DNA from: Eledone cirrhosa
Lineage: Eukaryota
Length of the DNA stretch: 64,000 nt
Reading direction: 5' to 3'
Assembly (NCBI GenBank): GCA_964016885.1
Contig: OZ024741.1
Coordinates: 400,086,001-400,150,000 of the forward strand
The notes under the pieces were generated by a model. That model searched no databases and had not been told where the DNA came from. It saw nothing but the letters and a program-made list of their open reading frames with translations. Made by a program: the position numbers and the translations under genes. Of this stretch, positions 44,797 to 57,454 are shown piece by piece (the first letter of the stretch is position 1; each line of letters opens with the position of its first letter).

Positions 44797-44980
44797 TACA
44801 TATATATTAAAGAAACCACAAGTCTGATGAGCTATTGATTCCATAGTCAGGCATGATCAATACTGATTGTACCTCGAGCTGATCAATTGCAAAATGTGCA
44901 TCACACATGAATAAATATAGTTTTACACCATGTTCCTACTATATATATATCACTTGTTAGTGAAGCAACACAAGCAGCCA

Positions 44981-45150
44981 GTCCACACTGTAAATGTGGT
45001 TGGCTTTAGGAAGGATATCCAGCCATAGAAACCAAACCAGAAACAGTTCTGTATGAGCTATACACCTACTCTGACTTGTCTCACAACAGGACAACTCGTC
45101 TAACCCATGCTAGTGTAGAAAAGAATGGATGTTAACCCGTGAAGATGATG
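44981..45150 (+). mobile_element. RTE 3'UTR fragment
   Basis: cacactgtaaatgtggttgg...ctaacccatgctag...gatgatg. Confidence 0.75.
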
Positions 45151-45643
45151 TATACTTCATTTATTATATTTATAGTGTTCAATCGATAATGAAACATGTC
45201 AGCCAATATTTAGACTATCTAACCTGTCTGTCATGTGATTGTTATTCCAATTTTATTGTAGCAGTCTGCACATGCTTACACATGGTCACAACAATTAAAA
45301 CTATCATTGTCACGGTGTAGCAGGGGTTTGCAGAGTAAGAGAGAGAGAGAGGGGCGTTCCACTTGGATAACGTTGGGGAAATATGATACTCTGTTTATAA
45401 CACACGTTTCAAGTTTGTAACTTACTGACTCTTGTAAGTCAACAACTGGGGACAAAGATTTCTCCCCAAAACTGCTGTGTTTTCTCCGCAAAATCGGGGA
45501 GACTGCAGCCTGCCTAAAGGAGGAGCCCTGTGAGTAGGATAGTTGTTGTAGTGGGGGCCATAGGCCATTCTCTGCAGAGCGCAGCTGAAACATATCACTG
45601 AGACTGAGGTGTAGGAGCTGCCACTCCCTCCCACCTTCATTAA

Positions 45644-45846
45644 CCCATTAGTATTTACATTACTCTATATATACTATTGTATTTTCACGGAAAACACTTT
45701 ATCTCACATAATATTGAATCTACGAGATCTTGATATTAATTTTGAGAATGATACCTTAACATAAGTATGAGTAGCTGGTTATGACCAGTTTAAACAAAGC
45801 GGTGAAAGAATTCTGGCCAGATAAAGCCGGTTTAAATGCTAAAGAG
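45644..45846. mobile_element. piggyBac-like MITE
   Basis: TTAA|CCCATTAGTATTTA ... TAAATGCTAAAGAG; same family as 42969 and 46565. Confidence 0.65.
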
Positions 45847-45894
45847 TTCATTTCTTTTCTTTCTTTTCCATTTCCTTATGGCCATTATGTGAAA

Positions 45895-45922
45895 CTAGTT
45901 GAATTACCCGCGCCTTGCTGCG
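45895..45922 (-). mobile_element. Canonical Helitron 3' terminus (extent unknown)
   Basis: Minus strand CGCAGCAAGGCGCGGGTAATTCAACTAG|T: GC-rich subterminal segment about 11 nt before CTAG. Confidence 0.5.
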
Positions 45923-46564
45923 TTTCGCACATTTTTTTTGTAAGAAAATTATGATTGATTTTAAATCAGTGATATAATTTATGGAGAAAAACTCTGCATT
46001 TCAATATTACTCAATGTAAAATGTAATGCATGAAAAATTGGAAAACATTTTTTTGTAATATATCAAATCAAAATTACATTATTAAATCTTATTCTTATTT
46101 TGTTTCTTGTAAATAATTTTTTTCAAAATATCAATTCAAAACTTTTGTGAATATGCATCATATCTTGTAATTTACCTATGGTTTAAATTTCATATAAATC
46201 AAAGGGAAAAAATTTTCAGTGGGGGTTTGTTCCCACCATGGTCAACTTTGCCTTTCACCCATTTGAGGTCGATAAAGTACCAGTCAAGTACTGGGATCGA
46301 TTCTTCTATATCTGTCTCACTTTCTCTATCCTTCTCTAGAAGAAATCTGGTGTTTTAAAACCTAGAGAGATGGGCTCCCTCTGCCAGGTTTAAAAATGCC
46401 CTAGAAATGCCATATGTCAATACAGCACCTTTACAACTCGCTCAGGAGTTATGGGACCATGCATGCCCTTTATATATTTCTACTGCAGTGTACCAGCTTT
46501 CTGAAACTTATCAGTCATACAAAATAGTTTATTTGAATCCATCTTTACAGTAGAAACTGTTTGA

Positions 46565-46729
46565 CCCTTTAGCAATTACATTACTTTATATTTACTATTA
46601 TATTATCTCACATAATATCAAATCAATGAGGTTTTGATATTTATTTTGAGAACAATACCTTAACATAAGTATGAGTGCCTGGTCATGAGTGAACTCTAGA
46701 CAGATACAACTGGTTTAAATGCTAAAGGG
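46565..46729. mobile_element. piggyBac-like MITE
   Basis: CCCTTTAGCA ... TGCTAAAGGG|TTAA. Confidence 0.7.
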
Positions 46730-47574
46730 TTAAACAATTATGATAATGACATATGTGTGTGTGTGGTTAATAAGTTCATTTCACAATCGTTGGGCCCTCT
46801 GCGTTTGATGATGATGGGCAAGTGACGTTTACCATAGCCCTGAGTCAACCTAGGCCTTGTGAGTGATATTGTGTAGACAGAAACTGTTTGGAAGCCCATC
46901 AACCTTGACACAGATTGTGCCGCACTGAATCTCCCTGAGAGATATGTTAATGCCTCTGAAATGTACAACCACTTGACATTAATTTCATGAATATGTTGTT
47001 CCATTGATAGAACAACTGGGACACTCATCGTTGAAACTGACGGAGATCCATTCCATATATATATATATATAAACCCATTCAGCTGTCTATTAGATTTCAA
47101 AACAGCATCAATTATCAGATACATATATACCTTCATTCACGCTTAAACACCCTAACTAACTGCATTATATATATACATATGTATATATATACACACACAC
47201 ATATATACAAATAGATAAGATATTTCCAACTGATATCCATTCAACATCAGCTTATCAGATGGAACTGTTATGGTATTGCTGCCATGATAACCAGAATTGA
47301 TTTCAGTGATAAACCTGATAAATCAGGAGCCTGCAAGGGGGTCTCTGCATGGCCATCTAATCTGCTAGAAATAGCAGCTAAATAACCTTAAATCACACCC
47401 TGACGTCTGAAAAACAGATTTTTATGGCTGCAGTGTATTTCTAATGTAGTATTATATACATGAAAACAAAAAAACAAAACAGACAAGATGATCATAGTTG
47501 GGACGCTTTTGGGAAATATAGACTAAATAAATTATCTTATAAACAACAAACAAGTTCTCCATCTACTCAGCTAT

Positions 47575-47750
47575 GGTGGACAGACAACATAGTGGAGGCT
47601 GCGTGGTCAGGGGTAAAGATTTTTCCACAAACCAAGCACTCACCCATGACCGCCAGGGATGGAGGCTTTTGGTACAGCGTAAGGCACTGCAGTGTCCCAA
47701 CGACCCCACCACCCAAGGTAGGGGTTAAGGAAGGGACCATAATGATGATA
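47575..47750 (+). mobile_element. Old LINE (RTE-like) extreme 3' fragment
   Basis: WTDNI...ARD motif followed by an atgatgat tail. Confidence 0.45.
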
Positions 47751-48249
47751 AACACTATAGAGTATAGCTTCTATCTGCATTTATAAAATGACAAATCCCA
47801 GATATTTACCCACACCAAATTATAATTTAGGGGAAATTCATTTGGGAAATTATGGAGACATTGACCATAAAATAGAATTTTTGAAGACGTATATTCTTTA
47901 ATTGAGTTTAAATGACTCTTGTGGAGATGAATTAAGTAAATTAAGACTAAATTAATTGAAATGGATGATGTAGGTGGTGTTATTAAAATAATTGTTGTAA
48001 AGTAGAATTTATCAACCAAGAAGAATTTATCCTTTCATAAGAGTAAATTAAAATGAGAAGAAATAATTGAGACATTTCAGCTATTTTTTTTAATACTGAA
48101 GTAATGTGGAGGTCAAGGACGTTTCCTAACGTACGTATTCGGCAATATATACATATATATATGTAGAAGTTCTATTTAAATTGTTGGGATACAACAAGCA
48201 CATATTTTTGTAACTGATATAAAGCACTCAACAAATTATTGGAGTAAAA

Positions 48250-48548
48250 ATACGATATATTAACAAATGGAAACTATATTTATAAAACCATATTTATTTC
48301 ATTATACATATTTCAGGGACACCAAGTTAAATTATGGTGTGCTTTCATCAGATAAAATATATAGATCAGTTTTATAAAATAAATGGTCGCATTATTTAAG
48401 GGTATGTCAATATTTATTTATAAAACTGATCTATATTATATTTTATCTGATGAAAGCACACCATAATTTAACTTGGTGTCTTTGAAATATGTATAATGAA
48501 ATAAATATGGTTTTATAAATATAGTTTCCATTTGTTAATATATCGTAT
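48250..48548. repeat. Inverted repeat (~135-bp arms), each arm with a hammerhead-like motif
   Basis: Arms 48250..48384 / 48412..48548. CTGATGA at 48447, stem II acacca/tggtgt, GAAA at 48484, AATAAA downstream. Confidence 0.85.
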
Positions 48549-49321
48549 ATATATATATATATTTGTTAGGCTCCGAGGTCCAATTGTGGATACCACTGTA
48601 TAGTGGAATAGCGGTTCTAAAACTAGCCTTTCGCTTTAGGTACAAGGGTAAAATTCTAGACCCTGAAAAACCTAAGGCAGCACACACGTCAAATATGTGT
48701 ACACAACTTTCCACACACAACTCGCATATCTGATGAGATGTGAAAAGGAAAAAAAAAAAAAAAAAAAAAAAATCGGGCCCCGTCAACTTGATTGTACCCT
48801 GAGCTGATCGATATCGAATCAATATGCCAATAAAGTTTGTACATATGCTGCAACACTTTCTTCGATTCTTCTGTGTATGTGAGTCCTGGATTCAATCAGG
48901 ACGAACTACAGTAAGGTCTTCAATACATTAGTAGAGTGAAAACATGTTTATAGAAATGGCTTCTACAGGACTAGAATTGTTTCATTAAAAAGAAATCATA
49001 AAGGAGAGAGAATAATTAAAATTTCATACACTTAACATGTGTGGGCGACCTTAGGTTTCGGGGTCCAGGTATGGCCACCACTGAGGGGGTCGTTTAATTA
49101 AAACCTTTCATTATACTAAATACAAAAGATGGAGCATTGTTTTCTTCGTTTTTTTCATCTACGGGTATCCTGCATATATATATATGCGATGAAATACCAA
49201 TGATGGTTGGCAAATCACTGATGGGGGGACTAATTTTATAATATGTAATCCATGTGCAACCATGCAGTATTCTTCTCCCCTTGTTTTTCATATATATATA
49301 TATAAAGTATGTGCGTTTATA

Positions 49322-49445
49322 CAGGTAAAATTCCGTTATAACGAATTTTTTTCAATCCCCGAGGCAATAAACAAAAGATCGAATTTTTCGTTACAACGAA
49401 TTTTTTTATACCCCGTGTGAATTTCGTAATAACGGAATTTCACTG
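49322..49445. mobile_element. pogo/Tigger-like MITE
   Basis: TA|CAGgtaaaattccgttataacgaa ... ttcgtaataacggaatttcaCTG|TA. Confidence 0.75.
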
Positions 49446-50011
49446 TATACACATTCACACGTGGACAGGTTATGGCCGAAAGGTCAAGAAGTTTGTCGTG
49501 TAAAGTGATAAAACATATCCATCAGGATATATATAACAACACACAAGAATCTATTAAACAAGATTCCTTATATAGAGCCAGAAAAATATCTAAATATAAT
49601 TATTTCCTTCCCATGGGAAGTGAAGAATTAAAATTCATATTTTACCTAGAGTGGAATAGAAAACTCAAATATATTTATATTGGCAGAAGTTTGTAAGTTT
49701 GTTTCTTAATGTTTTTCAGGAAGAAAATATTTATATACAATATTAAACGACATAAGAATATATATACAGTATACGCTTTAAATATATATATATTTTTTTT
49801 ATATATACAATATTAAATGGTAAATCAAATATGTATTATACACACACAAACACACACACATATACACACAAACACACACACAATTAATGCAAATCCAATA
49901 ATAAAACATGCAGACAACAAAAAAATCATACTTCGTCTTGAAAAATATTTCCTTCATGAAACTTGCAAAGTAGGAAATAAAAAAAACGTAAAATTGCAAT
50001 TACAGAAGTAC

Positions 50012-50070
<59 letters not shown>

Positions 50071-50654
50071 CAATCAATTATTGCTAGGAACCCTATAAAT
50101 ATAATAGATATATAATGAAAGAGAAAGTAAAAGGCCAAAATGTGTGTAATATCTCAAAATATATATTCTAAGTGTGTAATATATAGAAAAGGGTTAAAAA
50201 TTAACGACAGGTTTTATATATTAAAATCTATGAATTGAAATAAATGTTTGTTAGTGGTGGTAAGAAACTTTCAGGGCAACAGGTCTTCAGAGAACACCCC
50301 AACCCCTTTCAAGCAACTGTTTTACCCTTAACTTGAAGAAAATAGTAAAAAGCAATTGAATTATATATTTGAAAACAGATAAACAATAAAATAAAACTTC
50401 CTTATAAGTTACCAGCCAAAAGTTTATTAATTTAAATTACGTTAATTTTCTATAATAGATTTCTGTCTTAAGGAATTCTGTTTAATTGAAAAGTTTGCCG
50501 ACCATTGCTATATAACAACAGTTTTAGTTCAGTATTTTCACTTTTATCAATTTCCTTTATAATCCTGAGATAAATGATTTTTTTAACACTTGCTTGAGGT
50601 TTCTTTGGAGACCTGCTGTCCAGCTCACCTGAAAGTTTATTTTATATATATTTA

Positions 50655-50771
50655 TAATTAGAAAGTGAACACAAAATATAACTACTCCATTACCGTGTAT
50701 TATTATTGTCTGTGATCCAGAAACCTTTGGTAATGGAGTAGTTATATTTTGTGTTGTTCACTTTCTAATTA
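50655..50771. repeat. Inverted repeat, ~40-bp arms
   Basis: taattagaaagtgaacacaaaatataactactccattacc and its reverse complement with a 3-nt indel. Confidence 0.85.
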
Positions 50772-51290
50772 AATAGCTCTGTTCTATACATAGAGCACTC
50801 TTTTATCCTTCGGAATTACCTAACGCACACACACACACACATATATATATATATAAACAAACAAGAATATAGATGGAAAAATTATCTTTTACATCATATT
50901 TAATTCTGAAAATGCGTGGCAAGTATATACTATCATATATAATTCTCTACTTTCCTTTCAGCTTTGTATAAATAGTTTCATTTTTGATATATATACATAC
51001 AAGTATTTAATATAGAAAAGCTTCTACAGGACTAGAACTGTTTCATTCGTGAGAAATCATATATAATATATATATATATATATCCGTATGTTGTTGACGG
51101 ACGAAAAAAAGCAGTACTCAATACCGAAGTAGAATTTAAATATTTATTTTATTATGGCTAAATATTGAGTCTTGTTACTCTGGAGTTTCACCTGCTTCTC
51201 ACAGGACCCTAAGACAAAATGATCCTGTGAATGGGCAGCTGAAACTACAGAGTAGCCGTGATAAATCAATATACAGAGATTTTATTATGA

Positions 51291-51338
51291 CAGGCTGAAT
51301 GAGTTGGAGTCCAGAACCCAACGAAACTTAAGTACCCG
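51291..51338 (+). ncRNA. Type I hammerhead ribozyme-like motif (CUGAAUGA variant)
   Basis: cagg CTGAATGA gttgg-agtccagaac-ccaac GAAA CTTAAG TA cccg; stem I is weak. Confidence 0.6.
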
Positions 51339-52977
51339 TTTATGTCACTGTCGTAGCTATATATATATTAATAAATATTTGCTCTAGGGTTCTTATATAT
51401 TTATCATTATCGAGCCCCCTTTGGATTTTAGTCTTCATATTTATTATTATTACTATATATATATATAAAGGTATATCGAAGGGAATCAGGAAATAACCAG
51501 TTAAATAAGGTACTCAATACATTAACAGAGAATAAGCCAAATAAGCATATTTTATATAGAAATAACTTACTACGGGACTGGAACTCTGATGATTTCATAC
51601 GAACGAAACACTTCTAGACCTGTAGAAGTCATTTCTATATAATATATCTATATCAACTAATATAATTAAAGCGGTATCAAGTTATCAAGTCTAAATAATA
51701 AACAAGCCACTACACAAATTTAAAGCTAAAAACATATAATTAACAAAACAACAGGTGAAGTTAATTAGTGACAAATTAATTACCTAATTATTATATTAGT
51801 TTCAAAGGTGTATAAATAATTAAATACCTGTAATTAATGGCGAGATAAAGTTTATCCGGTAAAGTTATGTTAAAATATTGTTAAACAGAAATAAGCCATA
51901 AACGGATGTTATTTTGAATTTCGCTCTCTTCCAGCATGCATTACTAACAGGAAGTTGTGTCATACTAGTCTCACACTACTACTCCTAGTTTTCTTTTACT
52001 CTTTCCCCTCCCTCTTTTAATTTATCTATCGCTTCATTCTCCCCCTCTCTTTTACTTTTCTTCTCCCTGTTCCCTTTTATTTATTTCTCCTTTCTCCCTC
52101 TCTCTTATACTCTTTCACTTCCCCCTCCGTCTTTTGCTTTATCTATCGCCTCTTTCTCCTCCTCTCTTTTATTCTTTTACTTTTCTTCTCTCCCTATCCC
52201 TTTATTTATTTCTCTTCTTTCTCCCTTTCTATTTTACTCTTTCATTTCCCTCTCCCCCTTTCTCTCTTACTCTTTTACTTCCTCCTCCTTCTTTCGCTAT
52301 TTCTCACTCTCCTCTTTCTTCGTCTCTGTTTTCTGCTCTTCCTTCTTCCTCTCTCTTTTCCCCTCTCCCTTATTCCCCCTTTTTCTTTTCTCCCTCTCCC
52401 TCTTCTATTATACATCCTCGCCACCACCAATTTTGACTGTTATTGCTACCAACTTGTTGTTTCGCTTCACATCGTTTATCCAGCTGACATATGACTCCAG
52501 ACATTCCAGACGTGACCTTCAAGCTGTTTTCCAACTTTACAGACATTTTATTTAAAACATTATATCAAAATTCAACACATACACACATCTCTATTACTTA
52601 ATTACATAAATATATATGGGGTGGCTGTTGCAGCCGGTGCCTCTAATGCTTTTGGCGTTTTGCCCGTTGGGCGCGACTGAGGCACCGCCCAGGCTGGGGT
52701 ATAGTGACTGTCTCTCTCTCTCCCTTTCTTTCGTTGCTTCCTTCTATTTCTGCTTTTCAACCCCACCCCACCCCCATCTCAGTACAATCTGTATATAATT
52801 CTTTCAGTGCGTCTGTCACGCCGTCCCTCGGGACAATGCATTCCCCATCGTGTCGGCTGGGACCCAGAAGTGGAGGTCAAATTAGTTGATAGTGGACGAT
52901 ACTTATTCCAGACGTTATTTCTACAACTAAACTATATTTACAGTAATACAAATGTGAATCTATGAAAATAACCATAT

Positions 52978-55800
52978 TCATCATCATCACGTTTAATGTA
53001 CATTTTTCCATGCTAGCATGGGTTAGACGAGTTGCCCTGTTGTAGGCAATGCTAAGGTCAGGTGACTATGTCTTGCTCGTACAGAACTGATTTTAGCTAG
53101 GTTTCTACAGCTAGATGCGCTTCCTAACGCCAACCTCATTTACAGTGTGGACTGGGTGTTTCTGTTGTGACACCTTCATGACCACTCTACAGTATGGGCT
53201 GGGCACTTTTTGCTATGTCACCATCACGACCACTATACAAAGTGGGCTGTGAACTTTACTGGATGTATAATTCAACTTGTCTTCATGGAGGATGTAGGAG
53301 GGTGGGGGTGTGGCATACTCTATATATGCTTCAGCTTCTTCCAGCGCCTATGGGAAGTCAGGTCATCTGTATTACTGCATAGAAAAAAAATGTGGACCGG
53401 GTAGTAGCGGAGGTATGGTTACCGCTAAGAGAGGTGAATGAGGGGGAATAGCAGGTTGAGGAAGGTGTTGCCTACTAGGTATAAGCCTCATCCCGAGAAC
53501 AATAGAGGACGGGTCTTCCATAAAACTGCATAGCGCCAGAGGTCGTGGTCTTGAGTCATTGCATTTGAGAGGTGTAATTGTGCAAGGTCAGCATTTATTA
53601 CATCATCCCAAGTCTTCCTAGGCCTGCCCACCCCACGGCTACCATCAACTTTGAGCGCTCTGCACCTTTTTATACAGCTGTCATCCTTCATACGCATCAC
53701 ATGTCCATACCAACACAATCTCCTCTCCTGAACGCAACAACTGATCCCTCTTGTGCTTAATTTCTCACGCAGTATATTTATACTTTGCCATTCACATATA
53801 TTGCTATTGCACACCCAGCGAAGCATGGAGGCTTCATTTTTTTCCAATCTTCGCAGGTCCTCAGCACACAGTGCCCAAGTCTCGCTGCCATGCAACAATG
53901 TTGTTCGTATACATCCATCATACAGTCTGCCTTTCATTTTGAGAGAAAAATCTTTTGTAGTTAGTAACGGTAGTAGCTCCCTGAATTTTCTCCAGCCCGA
54001 TCTCACTCTGGTTACTGTACTTTCAGAACACCCTCCCCCACTACTGATTTGGTCACCCAGGTAACAGAAACTATCAACCACTTCTACCGAGCCCTCTGAG
54101 CATTTGAAGGTGGTTGTATCCCGGGGGTTCTTGCTACTTACTGCCTCTGTGTACCTGCCACAAGTAAAACCTACATTCTTTGTTAGCCTGCCTGAGATCT
54201 CACTACATCTCTTGTATACCCATTGCTTGCATTTGGTACATAGAAGGAATTTCTGCCTACTCCTTTTCTGCACACTGAGCAGGGTCATTTTCCAGAGGTG
54301 ATATGTGCCCTGTTATCCCTACTACTTACTAGGACTTTAGTCTTTGCCAGGTTGATTTTAAGACTTTTCGATTCTAGGTTTGCTTCCAGGTTTGGAATTT
54401 CATCTCTAATTCAGCTATAAGGGTTAGGTCATCAGCATACAGAAGTTCCCGTGGTCAGCCGATCTTAAACTCCTCTGTTATTGCCTGCAGAACAATGATA
54501 AACAGAAGAGGGATAAGAACAGAGCCCTGATGGACACGAGCCCGCATGCTAAATTCTTCGCTATAGCCATTTGTTAATTCTAACCCCACTGGCTGTTCTT
54601 CTATACATTGCTTGAACTGCCCTCCTGAGCCATTCGTCAACTCCTAGTTTCCTAAGAGCCCACCAGATAATGGAACGGAAGACTCTGTCAAAAGCTTTCT
54701 CAGGGTCAGCAAAAGCCAGGTAGAGGGGCTTACTCTTAGCTAGGTACTTCTCCTGCAGTTGTCTTACACGGGAGAGGGCATCTGTGGTACTCTTACTTGG
54801 GACAAATCCAAATTGGATCTTATCTATGTTAACACGGTCTCTAATCATCTGAGCTAAGATTCTTTCAGTGAGCTTCATAACCTGGTCAACCAACTTAATG
54901 CCTCTATAGTTTTCTCTATCTAGAGCAGAGGTCCCCAACCTTTTGGGTTCGCGGGCCGGATAGCCATGCAGCGGTGGCTCCGCGGGCCGGATGCGTAATT
55001 AATACTACTTATATACAAATAAGTAATCATTTATTTATCCCTTATGTTAGATTTGAAACAAAATTCAATATTGATACTTAGAGCTGTCCCAAGCAGAAAA
55101 ATACATTTAAACATTGTTTTATTCGGCAATATCGATAGACCGGGTGCAAATTTACTGCAAACTGAACCCTTTTTAGAACCCTCGCGGGAAGGATAAAGGC
55201 CTTCGCGGGCCAGATTGAAACCCTTCGCGGGCCAGGGGTTGGGGACCCCTGATCTAGAGTATCTCCTTTGTCCTTGTAGCAGTTTACAATGCTGCTGCTA
55301 CACCAGTCATCAGGCATGACACCATTCTGTATTACAATGCAGGAGACTATGGTGTGGCCCACCATACCTGATGCTTTCAGCATCTCAGCAACTATCTCTG
55401 AGGGGCCAACTACCCTGCCTGACTTCATATCCTTGATAACCTTACTTATCATACTACCTCTAACTTGTACAGCCTGGCCCTCTGTTGGGTCAACATGTGA
55501 CAGACTGTCTTTATTCCATGCTTTCTCCTTATTCAATGATCTTTTATAGTGGCACTTCCATGCTACCTTCTTTTCAGCGTCAGTGAGGACAAAATCACCA
55601 AAATCCTTTCTGACACACTTCTCCCCACCGACATCACAATTATCCCTGAAACACTGCCATACAATCCTGAACTATTCACGTCTTTGATCTTCTCACGCTG
55701 CAAAACATGCTTAAATTTTTCGTCTTCTGTTTTCCTTCTAGCAAGGTAAACTTGTCGCCTAGCTTCTCTCCTAGCCTTCTGGTAAACTTCTCTGCTACCC
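52978..55800 (-). mobile_element. RTE copy 7, older and degenerate, 5'-truncated
   Basis: Fragmented RT/PHD ORFs 53488..54288, 54561..54938, 55078..55536; (CAT)n tail. Confidence 0.9.
54926..55251. mobile_element. hAT (Charlie-like) MITE inserted in RTE copy 7
   Basis: TIRs cagaggtccccaacc / ggttggggacccctg; perfect 8-bp TSD ATCTAGAG (54918..54925, 55252..55259). Confidence 0.92.
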
Positions 55801-55846
55801 GTATTACGCCAATCTATCCATTCTTTTTAGCTTCGTACGGACGTAT

Positions 55847-55886
<40 letters not shown>

Positions 55887-56096
55887 GCACGCACGCGCTT
55901 ACAAAACGTTTATTTTTCCATTTCAGGTAGACGCGCTCCATCATCCACTTTTCTAAAAAACAAATCATACACAAAACACCAGCACCAACAGTTTTGCAAG
56001 AGATGTCAACATAAATGGACCTGTTATTTTTATCTAAAGACATTTTTTCCAATTCCATCTCGCCCGTCCCCCCAATCTATCTTATTTCTCATTCTT

Positions 56097-56132
56097 TCTT
56101 CTGATGAAGGACTAGCGTCCGAAACGTTAAGA
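56097..56132 (+). ncRNA. Minimal type I hammerhead ribozyme-like motif
   Basis: tctt CTGATGA a ggac-tagc-gtcc GAAA CG TT aaga; palindromic stem III (AACGTT). Confidence 0.7.
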
Positions 56133-56327
56133 CCCTCTTCCCACTATATCAAGCGTTAACCTAATATATCCCTTCTATATACTGTACCGATTATGTTGTT
56201 ATTTCTGTTAACCTTTTACATATATATATATGTGTGTATTATATATATATACTATATATTATATATACTATATATTATATATATATAGACGCCATGCTTT
56301 GACGCATAGAGTTACGGCCCTTGCCAT

Positions 56328-56430
56328 TCTGAGTTCAAATCCCGCCGAGGTTAACTTTGCCTTTCATCCTTACGGGGTCGATAAAATAAGGTACCAGTAA
56401 TGTACTTGTGCCAAAAAGTAGAAACAATTA
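56328..56430 (+). mobile_element. Deu/Nin-domain-like SINE fragment
   Basis: B-box gagttcaaatc, then gcctttcatccttacggggtcgataaaataaggtaccag. Confidence 0.6.
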
Positions 56431-56775
56431 TATATATATATACTGAGTTGTTTGTTCAATGGAGGTGAAGCCACCATAATATCAATAAGATGAGCAGATA
56501 GAAGACAGACATATCAGACTGAAGGTTACTGGTTGGTCCATCACATGCTAGTACATAAATCTCTGCTAACCTCCCTTTGTCTTAGGATACAATCTAGAGT
56601 GTTTGTGTGTGTGGGGGGGGGGGGGGGTTGTAAGAGGGTGTTTGCTTGTGGGGGTGTTTGTGTCAGGTGACGTGTGGCAATGACATCCCAAATATATGAG
56701 TTGTACTCTAATGAAGGATGTACTTTTGATTTTCATTAGTTTAGTAGCTGAACAAAGCTGAAGAAAATTTCTGGT

Positions 56776-56937
56776 CATCATCATCATCATAATCATCATT
56801 TAATGTCTATTGTTCCATGATTGCATGGGTTACACAGGTCGTTCTCAGTACAGTATCTCTCCACTTGTCACGCTCCTTTGTCATCTCCACTGTGAGCTTT
56901 AGCGATCTGAGATTAACTCTCACCACTTCCATCCATG
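56776..56937 (-). mobile_element. RTE 3' fragment
   Basis: (CAT)n tail; minus strand encodes LTVEMTKERDKWR. Confidence 0.65.
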
Positions 56938-57207
56938 AAATAGAAATATGAGAATCAGCCGAAAAGTTCATATGCTGACCAAGATACTCTCATGGAATGA
57001 CCAAATGAGGTTTATTTTTCAACATAGTCCCTAGCAAGAAACAATGCAGTTATTAATAAGAAGAGTTGAAGTTAATACATACAAGATTTCACAACTAGCA
57101 TCAATTGTTCATAGCCTATGAACTCTTCAGCCCACCCTTATATATATATATACAAGGCTCTGATACCATCAACACTATACAGAGCTGGCATATCTAAGAA
57201 CTGACTA

Positions 57208-57263
57208 ACTGCCTGATGAGGTCATAGCCATTCAATGGCTATCATCGAAATATATATAGCAGT
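57208..57263 (+). ncRNA. Type I hammerhead ribozyme
   Basis: actgc CTGATGA ggt-c-atagcca-ttcaa-tggctat-c-atc GAAA TATATA TA gcagt, immediately followed by AATAAA. Confidence 0.8.
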
Positions 57264-57314
57264 AAATAAAGGATTATGAGTTCATGCAATTGACTTATGT
57301 TTCGTCACTATACA

Positions 57315-57358
<44 letters not shown>

Positions 57359-57454
57359 AGGGAGTGTAACTTGGAGTTACTGCAGGTTCACCCGGGTGAG
57401 CACTCGATGTTTAGGTTCACTTCTGTGTTGAGGTGTAGAGCTATACAGAGTGTA

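Noticed and set aside
44824-44850. CTGATGA followed by a gctat/atagt stem
   Set aside because: No GAAA or cleavage triplet follows.
45309-45640. Possible solo LTR starting TGTCACG
   Set aside because: No convincing matching end, TSD or second copy.
48730-48745. CTGATGA-gatgt-GAAA
   Set aside because: No stems I or III; runs into poly(A).
51985-52410. CT-rich ORF 52134..52436
   Set aside because: Low-complexity polypyrimidine tract.
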